Below, piece by piece: positions 1 to 11,417 of a stretch of 64,000 bases of DNA (positions are counted from its first letter, which is position 1; each line of letters opens with the position of its first letter). The position numbers and the translations under genes were made by a program. This DNA is from Octopus vulgaris (lineage: Eukaryota), in the NCBI GenBank assembly GCA_951406725.2, contig OX597826.1:13826001-13890000 (forward strand), given 5' to 3'. The notes under the pieces were generated by a model. That model had not been told where the DNA came from. It was given only the letters and a program-made list of their open reading frames with translations, and searched no databases.

Positions 1-608
1 CCATATACCACATATATACAACAACCATACATAAATACTTAAAACAAACACACACCCACACATATTCCAAATACCACATGCATGCAACAAACATACACAA
101 ATACGCAAACAAACACACACACACACACATTCACACATACATAAACACTCAAAAGAAAACAACATTTCTACACATAAACAATGCACACCCACACACACTC
201 ACACACAATCACTCACATACAACCGCACTCCTACCGCCACACCAACACAGAGGAGTAACAAATTCAGCAGATACATACACTCAGCCACATACATACAGTA
301 ACATTCCCTACTCAGCAATATACTATTAAAAACCCCAACATCACTCTAAAATAAATTTATGAATGTGAATAATAACTTATATAGAATTATTCTATTATTA
401 AACATAACCTAAACGAACCTATCTATTTATCAAAGTATGTCTAATTTATTTAATAATTAATAACAAAGAAAAGTACGATAAATAGAACACTACATAAACA
501 ACAAGATTAACATAAGGAGAATATATTATTATTCAAATGCTTATACATATTAAAATTACAATTAGGAGAACTTAAAAAAATACATATGTATATATATGTA
601 TATATATA

Positions 609-664
<56 letters not shown>

Positions 665-734
665 TGCGCATGTGCGTGTGTGTGGACACACTCGCACTCA
701 CTCACAAACACTAACATCCACTTATTTTTCTAAA

Positions 735-1045
735 CTGGCACACTGTCGGTTACGACGTTCATGATTCCAGTTGATACGTTCAACGGAATAGCTTCTTCTT
801 CAAAATAACATACAAGTGGCAGAAAACTCCATAGAGACGTGGAAATTTCATGAAATTCTCAGAAAGATTCAGCGTAAAACAGAGTGTGACAAGGCTCGCT
901 CTTCGAAATATAGTTACAACTCATTTTTCTCAGCCAAGTGAAGTGGAGCAATGTCAAAGCAAGTGTGTTGTCAAGGTCACAACGCGCCGCCGGGAATCGA
1001 ACACGCAACTTTACGATCGTGAAACGAATACTCAAATCACAAATC
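735..1045 (-). mobile_element. Degenerate tRNA-derived SINE (family B); truncated duplicates of its 3' part at ~3560-3695 and ~6145-6280
   Basis: Reverse complement aligns by eye to the family B copy at 38904-39280 (tail ...gtcgtaaccgacagtg; B-box-like gttcgattcc near 993-1002). Confidence 0.7.
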
Positions 1046-1638
1046 TCACACCTTCACGTATATACATATACAAATAGCTATATACGCTCACATAAATACA
1101 CGAGAATGAATCAGAAAATAATGCCGTTTATATTTGCATCAGTTTTTGACTCAGCTTTGAGTAAACGAAGAGCCAAAAACTAATTTGAATCACATTACTT
1201 TCTGTTTCAGTCTTGTCTATATTGTGTGTGTATGAGTGTGTGTGCGTGCCTGCGTGTCTGTGTGTGTGTGTGTGTCTGTCTGTCTGTCTGTCTGTCTGTG
1301 TCTGTGTGTGTCTGTGTGTCTGTGTCTGTGTTTGTCCCTCAACTATCATCGCTTGACCACTGCTGTTGGTGAGTTTCATTTCTCTTATGTTAGGTGTTCG
1401 GTAGAATACACGGTTCGAATAATAGGCGAAAAATAAGACTTGATTTCGATTTCTTCAATTTAAAAAAATCCTTTCCAGCCGGTAGTAAGGCACAGCAGCC
1501 TTCAAATGGCTGAAACAAGTAAAATGTATATATACATTCATATATACATGCATACATACATGCATGAATACATGCATACATAGATGCATACACACGAGAG
1601 CTTTCATTCATACATGTATATATATCTATTCGTTTCAG

Positions 1639-1746
1639 TAATGCTTCTCATAGTGGTGATTGGAATCACACTTCCACTTTGGAAATGGAAATGACAACGA
1701 AGGTATCAGACAACGAAGACCCCGTTACGACCACCGAAAAAAACAG
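1639..1746 (+). CDS. Repeat exon 1 (108 nt, phase 2-2) of a putative Thr/Glu-rich repeat glycoprotein: NASHSGDWNHTSTLEMEMTTKVSDNEDPVTTTEKN
   Basis: Acceptor tattcgtttcag|, donor AG|gtaatg, length divisible by 3, open frame; paralogous exons keep the same boundaries and frame. Confidence 0.75.
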
Positions 1747-2059
1747 GTAATGTTAACCATAATGATACGACGTTAATTTATTGAGACTAGGCTGTCATAA
1801 TCTTGTTCAATAAAAACACAAGGCTGCGTCAGATTTAAACATCAGTTTCAATGAAATCAAGCAATTTTTTTCAAAATCTGACTGAATTGTGTGCCTCTTA
1901 TTTAACTATGATATTAAAGCTAATAGATTTATGAATCTTACGTCAAAACTTTCAACATGTGCTCCGTCTATATCACTGCAAATTTCAAATCTATCGTTAG
2001 CGTGGATATGTATAGTATACACAAATGTCATCTATATATATATCTGTGTGTGTGTGTGA

Positions 2060-2367
2060 AGTATATTTGCCACTTCAATATGGCCAACCTCTAAGGGTTG
2101 ATGCTACTGTAGCTTGTAGCTCCGGGAGAACATCTTCTCCAGCTGGCTATTGACACACTTTCTGTGTCCTATTAGAATTTGCAAAGGGAAGCCATCCTTC
2201 CCATCGTCGACCTGACGTGATACGCACGGACCCGGGTTTCTAGGTATTTACCCGTCGTCAGCGCACGACAATCATCGGTCTTCGATGCGAAGGGGTCTCA
2301 ATGCAAACATATATATTTTTTTTCTAGTGACGAAAGGTCACTGATCTCGAAAAAGTGTAAACAAGCA

Positions 2368-2370
<3 letters not shown>
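2060..2370 (-). mobile_element. Small non-autonomous hammerhead-bearing repeat (Penelope-like/retrozyme family 1); copies at ~4143-4450 and ~28272-28490
   Basis: Three alignable copies in the window, each with a hammerhead motif on the minus strand. Confidence 0.7.
2223..2267 (-). ncRNA. Type I hammerhead ribozyme motif
   Basis: Minus strand: cgtgcg-CTGACGA-c gggt aaat acct a-GAAA-cccggg-TC-cgtgcg; palindromic helix III (ACCCGGGT); GUC cleavage triplet. Confidence 0.85.
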
Positions 2371-2399
<29 letters not shown>

Positions 2400-2859
2400 T
2401 TATATATCTACATATTTATTCAATTAAAAAAAAACCTTCAATAACAGAAGCTTTATAATTACTGAAACAAGTAAAAGGTATAAAGTATATATGCATTCAG
2501 ACATACATACATACATACCATCATACATATATACATACATACATACATGCATGCATGCATAGATACTTAAATTCATACATACATACATGCATGCATACAT
2601 ACATACACACACATGCATACATACATTCATACATACATACATACACACACACATGCAACCATGCATACATACATACATACGCATACACATGCATGCATAT
2701 ATTCATACACACACACGCAAATACTTACATACATACATACATATATACATACGTACGTACATACACACATATATGCATACATACATACATACACACATAC
2801 ATGCATGCATACACACGTGGGCTTTCATTCATAAATGTATATATATTTATTCGTTCCAG

Positions 2860-2885
2860 CAATGGTTCTCATGGTAGTGATTGAA
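2860..2885 (+). pseudogene. Broken repeat exon copy (NGSHGSD*), truncated by an insertion
   Basis: Same acceptor context (tattcgttccag|); TGG codon has become TGA; similarity stops at ~2885 where a hammerhead-bearing repeat begins. Confidence 0.65.
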
Positions 2886-3083
2886 GTGTGTACCGTTGGC
2901 GATTTTTTTTTCCTCTGTCTTCCCTTCTCTGGATCTTTCCTTCTCCTATGTTTCCGACGAAGAGCTCCGCTCGAAACGTTAAACCCTCATTATTTCCTTC
3001 TTTCCTGAGCGTCCAATAATACTTTATTTGTTCCAAGTCCTCGCGTTGTTGTGTTTTCTCTTTGTGTTTTCATGTTTGGATTA
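2886..3083 (+). mobile_element. Hammerhead-bearing repeat (family 2); second copy at ~13140-13335
   Basis: Two alignable copies share tgtttccgacgaagagctccgctcgaaacgt and cctgagcg...aataatact...gtttggatta, and both end at microsatellites. Confidence 0.65.
2950..2984 (+). ncRNA. Minimal hammerhead motif, U4C core variant
   Basis: gttt-CCGACGA-a gagc tcc gctc-GAAA-cg-TT-aaac; loopless palindromic helix III (AACGTT). Confidence 0.65.
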
Positions 3084-3718
3084 TGTATGTATGTATGTAT
3101 GTATGTATGTATGTATGTATGTATGTATGTATGTATTAATTAATTAATTTCTGGTTCAGCCTCGTGTGTGTGTGCGCGTTTGGTGACTCTGTGTTTCTGT
3201 GTTTGCGTGTGTGTGTGTATCTCGATACTGTATCTCGAAAATTTAAAGAAATTAACAGCCATGAAACGATCGTAGTGATATATTAATTATATTTTTTTTA
3301 TAATTTTGATATATATTTAAATAATATAAATTAATTAATCTTACGTATTGGCTTAAGTTTTTCATTGTATGGTTTGCCTAATAGTGGTTTTGTCTCTAAT
3401 TTAATATAATATATATATATATATATATATTACTGTGCGTGTGTGGTGTGTGCGTGCGGGTGGGCATGTGTGCATGTGAATATATGTATACACATAAACA
3501 CATACACACACACGAACACACACACTCGCAAACACTAACACCCACTTATTTTTCTAAACTGTAACACTGTCGGTTACGACGTTCAGGATTCCAGTTGATA
3601 CGTTCAACGGAATAGCTTCCTCTTCAAAATAATATGCAAGAGGCAGAGCACTTCATAGACACGTGAAAACTTCACGTAATTTTTAGAGAGATTAAGCATA
3701 CATATCTATTCGTTTCAG

Positions 3719-3826
3719 CAATGGTTCTCATGGTGGTGATTGGAATCACACTTCCACTCAGGAAATAGAAAGGACAACGAAGGCATCATACAACGAAGAC
3801 CCCGTTACGACCCAGGAAACAAACAG
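3719..3826 (+). CDS. Repeat exon 2 (108 nt, phase 2-2): NGSHGGDWNHTSTQEIERTTKASYNEDPVTTQETN
   Basis: tattcgtttcag| ... AAACAG|gtaatt; open frame; paralog of 1639-1746. Confidence 0.75.
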
Positions 3827-4304
3827 GTAATTTTAACAATAATGGCACGACGTTAATTTATTGAGAGTTGGCTGTCATAATCTTGTTCAATAAAAATACA
3901 GGGTGTGCCAGATTTAAACATCCATTTCAATGAAATCCGGCAATTTCTTTTTCAAAATCTGACAGAATTCTGTGTCTGTTATTTAACTGCGATACTAAAT
4001 TTAATAGATTTATAAATCTTACGTCAAAACTTTCAACATATGCTCCGTCTATATCACTGCAAATTTCAAATCTATCGTTAGCGTTGCTATGTATATTATA
4101 CACAAATATCATCTATATATATATATGTGTGTGTGTGTGTAAAGTATATTTGCACTTAAATGTGGCCAACCTTTAAGAGTGGATGCTATTGTAGCTTGTA
4201 GCTCCGGGAGAACATCTTCTCCAGCTGGCTATTGACACATTTTCTGTGTCCTATCAGTATTTGCAAAGGGAAGCCATCCTTCCCATCGTCGATCTGACGT
4301 GATA

Positions 4305-4349
4305 CGCACGGACTCGGATTTCTGAGTATTTACCCGTCGTCAGCGCACG
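4305..4349 (-). ncRNA. Type I hammerhead motif (family 1 copy, helix III partly decayed)
   Basis: cgtgcg-CTGACGA-c gggt aaat actc a-GAAA-tccgag-TC-cgtgcg. Confidence 0.7.
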
Positions 4350-4463
4350 ACAATCATCGGTCTTCGATGCGAAGGGGTCCCAATGCAAACATATATATTT
4401 TTTTTCCAGTAACGAAAAGTCACTGATCTCGAAAAAGTGTAAACAAGCAATATATATATATAC

Positions 4464-4505
<42 letters not shown>

Positions 4506-5347
4506 ATTCCTTTCTGGTTCACCCTCGTGTGTGTGTGTGCGTTTGGTGACTGTGTGTTTCTGTGTTTGCGTGTGTGTGTGTGTATGTATATATATACAAT
4601 ATAGATGCGTGTGCATATTGTTATGCATGTGTGTTTGCCCCGAAAAGCAGCGAAACGGTACCTCTGCGTGAAAAACAAATTTAATTTTCGTAATCTGCGT
4701 ACCATAAACAATGTCGTCCTCAAACGATCATTAAGGATTATAATTTCCAACGTGTAACTCAACAGTCTCCATCAATCAATCTCTATTATTCACCTCTCAG
4801 GAATAAATTAATCACAAACTCTGATTCAGACTGGAAAAGTGCATCGATATAACAAATTGGAAAATTCTGACTTGATTTTAAAATTTCAAAATCTGTCACT
4901 TTCTACACGTCAGTCATTTTTCGATTTTCTCGTGGTAAACTTTTCCCCTTCCTATATGTATATACATCAACCTCTCTCACCCTCTCTAAAACACAGTGTG
5001 TGCGTGTGAGTTTGTGTGTGTGTGTCTATGTCTTTGTGTCTTTGTGTCTCCCTTCACTACTACCGCTTGGTAACTGGTGTTGGTGTGTTTACATTCTCTT
5101 ATATTAGAGTTTCGGTAAGATAAACCCTTCGAATAATAGACGACAAATAAGATCTGAATACGATTTTTTTCAATTAAAAGAACCCTTCAAACTGGTGCTT
5201 AGGCACAACAGCCTTCAATGGCTGAAACAAGTAAAAGCTATAAGGTATATATGTATTCATACATAAGTGCATACATGCATACATGTAAGCATGCATGCAT
5301 ACACACGTGGGCTTTCGTTCATACATGTATATATATATTCGTTTCAG

Positions 5348-5455
5348 CAACGTTTCTCAGGATGGTTATTTGAATACAACTTTCACTATGGAAATGGAAA
5401 TGACAACGAAAGAATTAGTTAACGAGGCCTCCGCTACGATGAAAGAAGCAAACAG
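5348..5455 (+). CDS. Repeat exon 3 (108 nt, phase 2-2): NVSQDGYLNTTFTMEMEMTTKELVNEASATMKEAN
   Basis: tattcgtttcag| ... AAACAG|gtaatt; open frame with no indels despite many substitutions. Confidence 0.75.
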
Positions 5456-5786
5456 GTAATTTTAACCAAAGTAACGTTAACCATAATGACACGAATGTAA
5501 TTTAATGAGACTTGGCTGTCATAATCTCGTTCCATAAATATAAAGAGTATCAGAATTAACCACCTATTGCAATGAAATCAAGCAAATTTTTTTCAAAATC
5601 TGACAGAATTCTGTGTCTGTTATTTAACTGTGATATTAAATCTAATAGATTTATGAATCTTACGTCAAAACATTCAACATGTGCTCCGTCTGTATCACTG
5701 CAAATGTCAAATCTATTGTTAGCGTTCTTATGTATATACGCACATGTATATTATATATAAATATCATCTATTTATATGTGTGTGTG

Positions 5787-5862
<76 letters not shown>

Positions 5863-5973
5863 TATATACATATATATACATATATAGATATAGATATAGA
5901 TATATATGCATATGTATATGTATATATATATATACATACATGTATGCATGTATATATATATATATATATATAT

Positions 5974-6034
<61 letters not shown>

Positions 6035-6300
6035 GTGCATGTGTGGTGTGTGCGTGCGGGTGGGCATGTGTGTATGTGAGTACACACAGACACACTCACG
6101 CACCCACTCACAAACACTCACACCCACTTATTTTTCTAAACTGTAACACTGTCGGTTACGACGTTCATGATTCCAGTTGATACGTTCAACGGAATAGCTT
6201 CCTCTTCAAAATAACATGCAAGAGGCAGAGCACTTCATAGACACGTGAAAACTTCATGTAATTCTCAGAGAGATTAAGCGTACATATCTATTCGTTTCAG

Positions 6301-6408
6301 CAATGGTCTTCTGGATGGTGATAGGAAGCACACTCCCATTATGGAATTAGAAAGGACAATGAAGGAATCAAACAACGAAGACGCCGTTACGACCCAGGAA
6401 ACAAACAG
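6301..6408 (+). CDS. Repeat exon 4 (108 nt, phase 2-2): NGLLDGDRKHTPIMELERTMKESNNEDAVTTQETN
   Basis: tattcgtttcag| ... AAACAG|gtaatt; open frame. Confidence 0.75.
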
Positions 6409-6469
6409 GTAATTTAACCACGGTAACGTTAACCATAATAACACGACGTTAATTTAATGAAACTTGGCT

Positions 6470-6874
6470 GGGATTTTTTCTGTTTGAACGGCAGTTTTTA
6501 ACATAATTTCTAGGTAACTAAAATATTTTAAACTTCGTATACTGGTAGAATGTGTTTATAAAACATCTTAGCTTTATTGAGAAAATTCTATAGTTTGTAA
6601 GATATTTGTTAGATTTTTTCTTCAATATCTGCAATTTCAACAAATCACTGACGTCTATTTTGGTAAAAAAAAACATTCTGAGCCGTATGAATATGTCCCT
6701 CCTTTAAGAAACAGATTGTAAATCATTTGTGAAGAGAAAAAGATAACCTTCCCCCCACCCGTAACACTAAAATAGATTGAAATGCAATAGATCGATACTA
6801 GGGTCATAATTATGGGTGACAATTTCATATGACACCGCTAGAAAAAAAACTGCCGTTCAAACCGAAAAGATCCC
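6470..6874. mobile_element. MITE-like DNA transposon with GGGATCTTTTCGGTTTGAACGGCAGTTTTT-type TIRs (superfamily not assigned)
   Basis: ~30-bp TIRs; interrupts the intron sequence cttggct|gtcataat that is contiguous in sister units; second copy at 35317-35749. Confidence 0.85.
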
Positions 6875-6934
6875 TAAGCTGTCATAATCTTGTTCAATAA
6901 TAATAAAGGGTGTGGGGTGTTGAAGGGGTTGGGG

Positions 6935-7847
6935 GTTGTGTGTGTGGAGTTATATGTGCGTTCCTGTGTGCGTGCGTGCGTGTTCGTGCGTGCGTTTGTG
7001 TGTGCGTGTATGTTCGTGTGTGTATGCCCATGTATTTGTGATTGTGTGCGTGTATGTATAAGTGTGTCTTGTGAGTGTTTCGGGTGTGTGTGCGTTCATG
7101 TACGTGAAGTTGTGTTTTGCTGGCTGTGTATATGTGTATGTGCGTGTGTATGTATGTGTGTGATGTGCATATGTGTTTGGGTGTGCGCGCGTGTTATGTG
7201 TGTGCGTGTGCATATGTGTGTGTACGTGCGGTTGTGTGTGGAGGTATATGTGCGTTCTTGCGCTTATATGCGCGTGTGTGTGCGCATGTGCGTGTAGTTG
7301 TGTGTACGTGTATGCGTGTATGTGTGCGTGTGTGTATGTAGGTGTTTGTATGTGTATGTGTGCGTGCGTGGGGTTATGTGTGTTAGGTATGTATGCATTT
7401 GTTTGCGTAAGGGCACATGTATGTGTGTGTGTCTGTGTGTATGTGCGTGTGTGAATGTGTGTGTGCGTGTATGAACGTGTGAATGTGTGCACATGTATGT
7501 GTATGTTGGGTGTGCGTGCATGGATGTGCGTGTTGTGTGAGGGCGTGTATGTGTGCGTGTGTGTGTATGCATGCGTGTGTGTGTATGTGTGCGTGTGTGT
7601 ATGAGCGTATATGCATGTGAGTGTGTGTGTGCCGTTATGTATGGAGGTATATGTGCGTTCCTGTGTACGTGCGTGTGTGTGCGTGTGTGCGTGTGTATGT
7701 GCGTGTGTGTATGTGTGCGTGACTCAACTTTGTATAAACGAAGATGAGCAAAAAACTAATTTATATTACAATGCTTTCTTGTTCAACTTCGTCTATATTG
7801 TGTGTGTGTGTATATGTTTGTATGCGTATGTGCGCTTGTGTGTGTGT

Positions 7848-7888
<41 letters not shown>

Positions 7889-7930
7889 TGTATGTGTGTG
7901 TGTATGTGTGTGTGTGTGTGTGTGTGGTTA
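6935..7930. repeat. Degenerate (GT)n-rich low-complexity tract
   Basis: Directly visible; source of the spurious CV/HT-rich ORFs. Confidence 0.9.
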
Positions 7931-8723
7931 TACATGTGTGTTTAGTCTGCGAGAAAAACGAGTTTAATTTTCGAAATCTACGTTCCAAAGACAATGCCGT
8001 CCTCAAATGATCATTAAGGATTATAATTTTCTACGAGTAACTCAACATTTACATCTAGAAATTTCCTTCTGTCTGTCACTATCAATCAATCTCTATTATT
8101 TACCACGCTGGAATAAATGAATTACAAACTCGGATTCAGCGTGGAAAAGTGCATTAATATACCAAATTCGAAATTTTAACTTGATTTTAAAATTTCAAAG
8201 TCTATGATAGCAACAGAATAGATCTCTCGATGTGTCTATCCGTTTCATTTTTCGATTTTTTCATGGTGAACTGTTCCCCTCTCTCTTTCTCACTCTCACG
8301 CTAAGTGTGTGTTTGTGTGTGTGTGTGTGTGTGTGGATGTGTGTGTCTTTTTGTCTCTATTTGTCCCCTCACTACCACCGCTGGTGTTGGTGTGTTTACA
8401 TTTTCTTATCTTAGAACTTCGGCAAAACACTCCGCTCGAATAAGTAATAGGCGAAAAATAAGTCTGAGGTCGATTTCTTTAATTCAAAAAGTCGTATTCA
8501 AATGACTGAACAAAGTAAAAGGTATGAGGTATATATATATATATACATACATACATACACACATACATACATGCATGCATACATACATGCATACATACAT
8601 ACATACATACATACATACATACATACATACATACATACATACATACATGCATACATACATACATACATACATACATGCATACATACATACATACATACAT
8701 GCATGCATACATACATACATACA

Positions 8724-9111
8724 TCTCTCTATATATAAACGGCAGTTTGTCTGTGCGTGTTTCTGTGTGTCTGTTTTCTCGTACCCTCACCCTGACCACG
8801 GCTTTCAACCGATTCTGATGAAACTTGACACACGCATAGCCCAATGTCATAATTCAAAACTAACGCAGCGAAAATTTTGAAAAGTTCCCCCAGTTCTGAA
8901 AAAAATCGATAAATTCGACATGGGGTCGAGAATAAAAAAAAACAAACCACAGACTGTCTAGGGGACGCAACTCAACCTTTTTTTACTCTCAAAAAAAAAT
9001 TTACCATCAATTTTTTTTCCATTTTTTTGCTATTTTTTGGCTATAACTCTCTAAAGATGCTTTATAGTTATTTCCCTTACAAACCTGAGCAACGCCGGGC
9101 GATACTGCTAG
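8724..9111 (+). mobile_element. Non-autonomous Helitron copy 1
   Basis: 5' TC(tctctatatataaac), 3' subterminal hairpin cctgagcaacgccggg and terminal CTAG; preceded by A and followed by T; no TSD. Confidence 0.85.
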
Positions 9112-9162
9112 TTGTTAATACAACTCACTGGTATATTTTGACATGTTTTATTTCTGTTTCAG

Positions 9163-9204
9163 CGCTCCTCCTCGCAGGCTTATCTGTAGCCATATCAATA
9201 AAAG
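9163..9204 (+). other. Candidate 42-nt exon inside the Helitron-flanked cargo
   Basis: Polypyrimidine tttctgtttcag| ... AAAG|gtaagc; open in phase 1 (LLLAGLSVAISIK, signal-peptide-like) and in phase 2 (APPRRLICSHINK). Confidence 0.4.
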
Positions 9205-9519
9205 GTAAGCCTACACCATTTTGAACAAGACTTCCTAGTAGACACACATTCCTCCAGGCTTGCAGCTGAAGAATATAACTCTTACAAAAGGACTCCATAA
9301 GGCAAACTATAATAACTATAATATACTCAAAGTAACATTCCTGGCAAACGCTGACTGTGTGGTTAACTTCACTTCATCACCACCTCACGTCCAGCTTGAT
9401 CCCTCTGTATTTATTCTTTGGACAAGTTTGTTCTACAACAGCCTCAAAATAACCAATTCCTTGTCAGTGAGATTTTCTGTAAACACACCCCTACACACAC
9501 ACTTATACATACATGCATA

Positions 9520-9812
9520 TGTTTGTTCCTTCTCGAGCCATGCCTGGCTAATAAGGGCCGGTTTCCCGGTTTCTTGGCGTATAGGTTCCCCACCTGGACG
9601 GGACGCCGGACCGTCGCAGGTGAGCTGCTACACGCAGGAGAAAAGAGTGAGAGAAAGTTGTGGCGAAAGAGTCAGCAGAAGTTCGCCATTACCTTCTGCT
9701 GGAGCTGCGTGGAGCTTAGATGTTTCGCTCATAAACACACATCGCCCGGTCTGAGATTCGAACCCGCGATCCCTCGACTGCGAGTCCGCTGCTCTAACCA
9801 CTGTGCCTCCAC
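9520..9812 (-). mobile_element. tRNA-derived SINE family B, variant 2
   Basis: Head ...gtggttagagcagcggactcgcagtcgagggatcgcgggttcgaatctc (B box intact); nearly collinear with the copy at 63376-63670. Confidence 0.85.
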
Positions 9813-10439
9813 AGACATGCATATATTTATATATATATATATATTTAGAGGTTATGAGAGGTAATGGTGTCAGTGAGACCCAAAGGTGTCAGGTAATGGT
9901 GAGTAAGTGCTATGGATAGACTATAGTTAAGTTCCAGGTTCTGTGATTATGCGAATAAGGGGTCCAACATAGGTCATATATCAGCATGTGTATATAAATG
10001 TATATTAAAAGTTTTTTTTTTATGTAATAAGATAAAAAATCTACACAGCCTTGATATTTTATCTTATTACAGAAAAAATTTTATATACATATATATCTAC
10101 ATACATAGAGAGAAAGAGATGTGAACTTTAGGTTAGTTAAAATATGTCTGTGAAGGCAAATTCACAATATGTCACAAACATATTTTATCTGACTTAAAGT
10201 TCACTTCTGCCTAAACACTATTTGGCACTGTTATTGCAGTCACATCTGTGTTTGCGTGTGTGTGTGCGTGTGTGTGTGTGTGTGTGAAACCTAATGTGCA
10301 GACATATTTGTGTGGTTAGGAGTTTGTTTCTCAATATGAAGGTTTTATAAACTTTCTGCTTTTTCAGAAGCTTTCCACTTTTCTTTAAAATTTGGCTTCT
10401 CTTTATAAATAAATGTGTGTGTATGTATGTGCTTATATA

Positions 10440-10813
10440 TCTCTCACTATATAAACGGCAGTTTGTCTCTGTGTGTTTCTGTGTGTCTGTTAGCTTGTAC
10501 CCTCACCCTGACCACGGCTTTCAACCGATTCTGATGAAACTTAACACACACATAGCCCAATGTCATAATTCAAAACTAACGCAGAGAAAATTTTGAAAAG
10601 TTCCCCCAGTTCTGAAAAAAATCGATAAATTCGACATGGGGTCGAGAATCAGTAACACAAACCACAGACTGTCTAGGGGACGCAACTCGACCGTTTTAAC
10701 TCTCAAAAAAAAATTTACCATAATTTTTTTCCATTTTTTTGGCTATAACTCTCTAAAAATGCTTTATAGTTATTTCCCTTACAAACCCGAGCAACGCCGG
10801 GCAATACTGCTAG
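10440..10813 (+). mobile_element. Non-autonomous Helitron copy 2
   Basis: Near-identical to 8724-9111; 5' TC, hairpin cccgagcaacgccggg, 3' CTAG followed by T. Confidence 0.85.
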
Positions 10814-11292
10814 TACATACATACATGCATGCATCCATACATACATACATACATACATACATTCATACATACATACATGCATGCATGCACACATACATGC
10901 ATACATACATACATACATACATACATACATACATACATACATACATACATACATACACGCATACGTACATACATACATACATACATACATACATACATAC
11001 AAACATGCACACATGCATACATACATACATACATACATACATACATACATACATGCATCCATACATGCATACATACACACATACATACATACATGCATCA
11101 ATACATGCATACATACACACATACATACATACATGCACACATGCATACATACATACATACATACATACATACGTACATACATACATACATGCACACATGC
11201 ATACATACATACATACATACATACATACATACATACATACATACATACATACATACATACATACATACATACATACATACATGTATGCATAC
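10814..11292. repeat. (CATA)n microsatellite; continues the 8545-8723 tract on the other side of the Helitron insertion
   Basis: Directly visible. Confidence 0.95.
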
Positions 11293-11339
11293 AAACAAGG
11301 ACTTTCATTCATACATGTATATATATCTATTCGTTTCAG

Positions 11340-11417
11340 CAGAGATTCTCAGAACGATGAATCCGGAAGCAAGGAAACCGGAGACTAGGAATCCGATACG
11401 ACGAACGAAAAAAGCGG
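11340..11417 (+). pseudogene. Divergent repeat exon copy with in-frame TAG (RDSQNDESGSKETGD*) and lost donor; either a dead copy or the terminal coding exon
   Basis: Acceptor tattcgtttcag| retained; stop at 11386-11388; donor position reads ataatttt instead of gtaatttt; downstream intron homology (11420-11700) retained. Confidence 0.6.

Noticed and set aside
3927-4112. Minus-strand 61-aa ORF conserved among duplicated units
   Set aside because: Sister copies have stops or indels; it is duplicated intron sequence downstream of the plus-strand exon.
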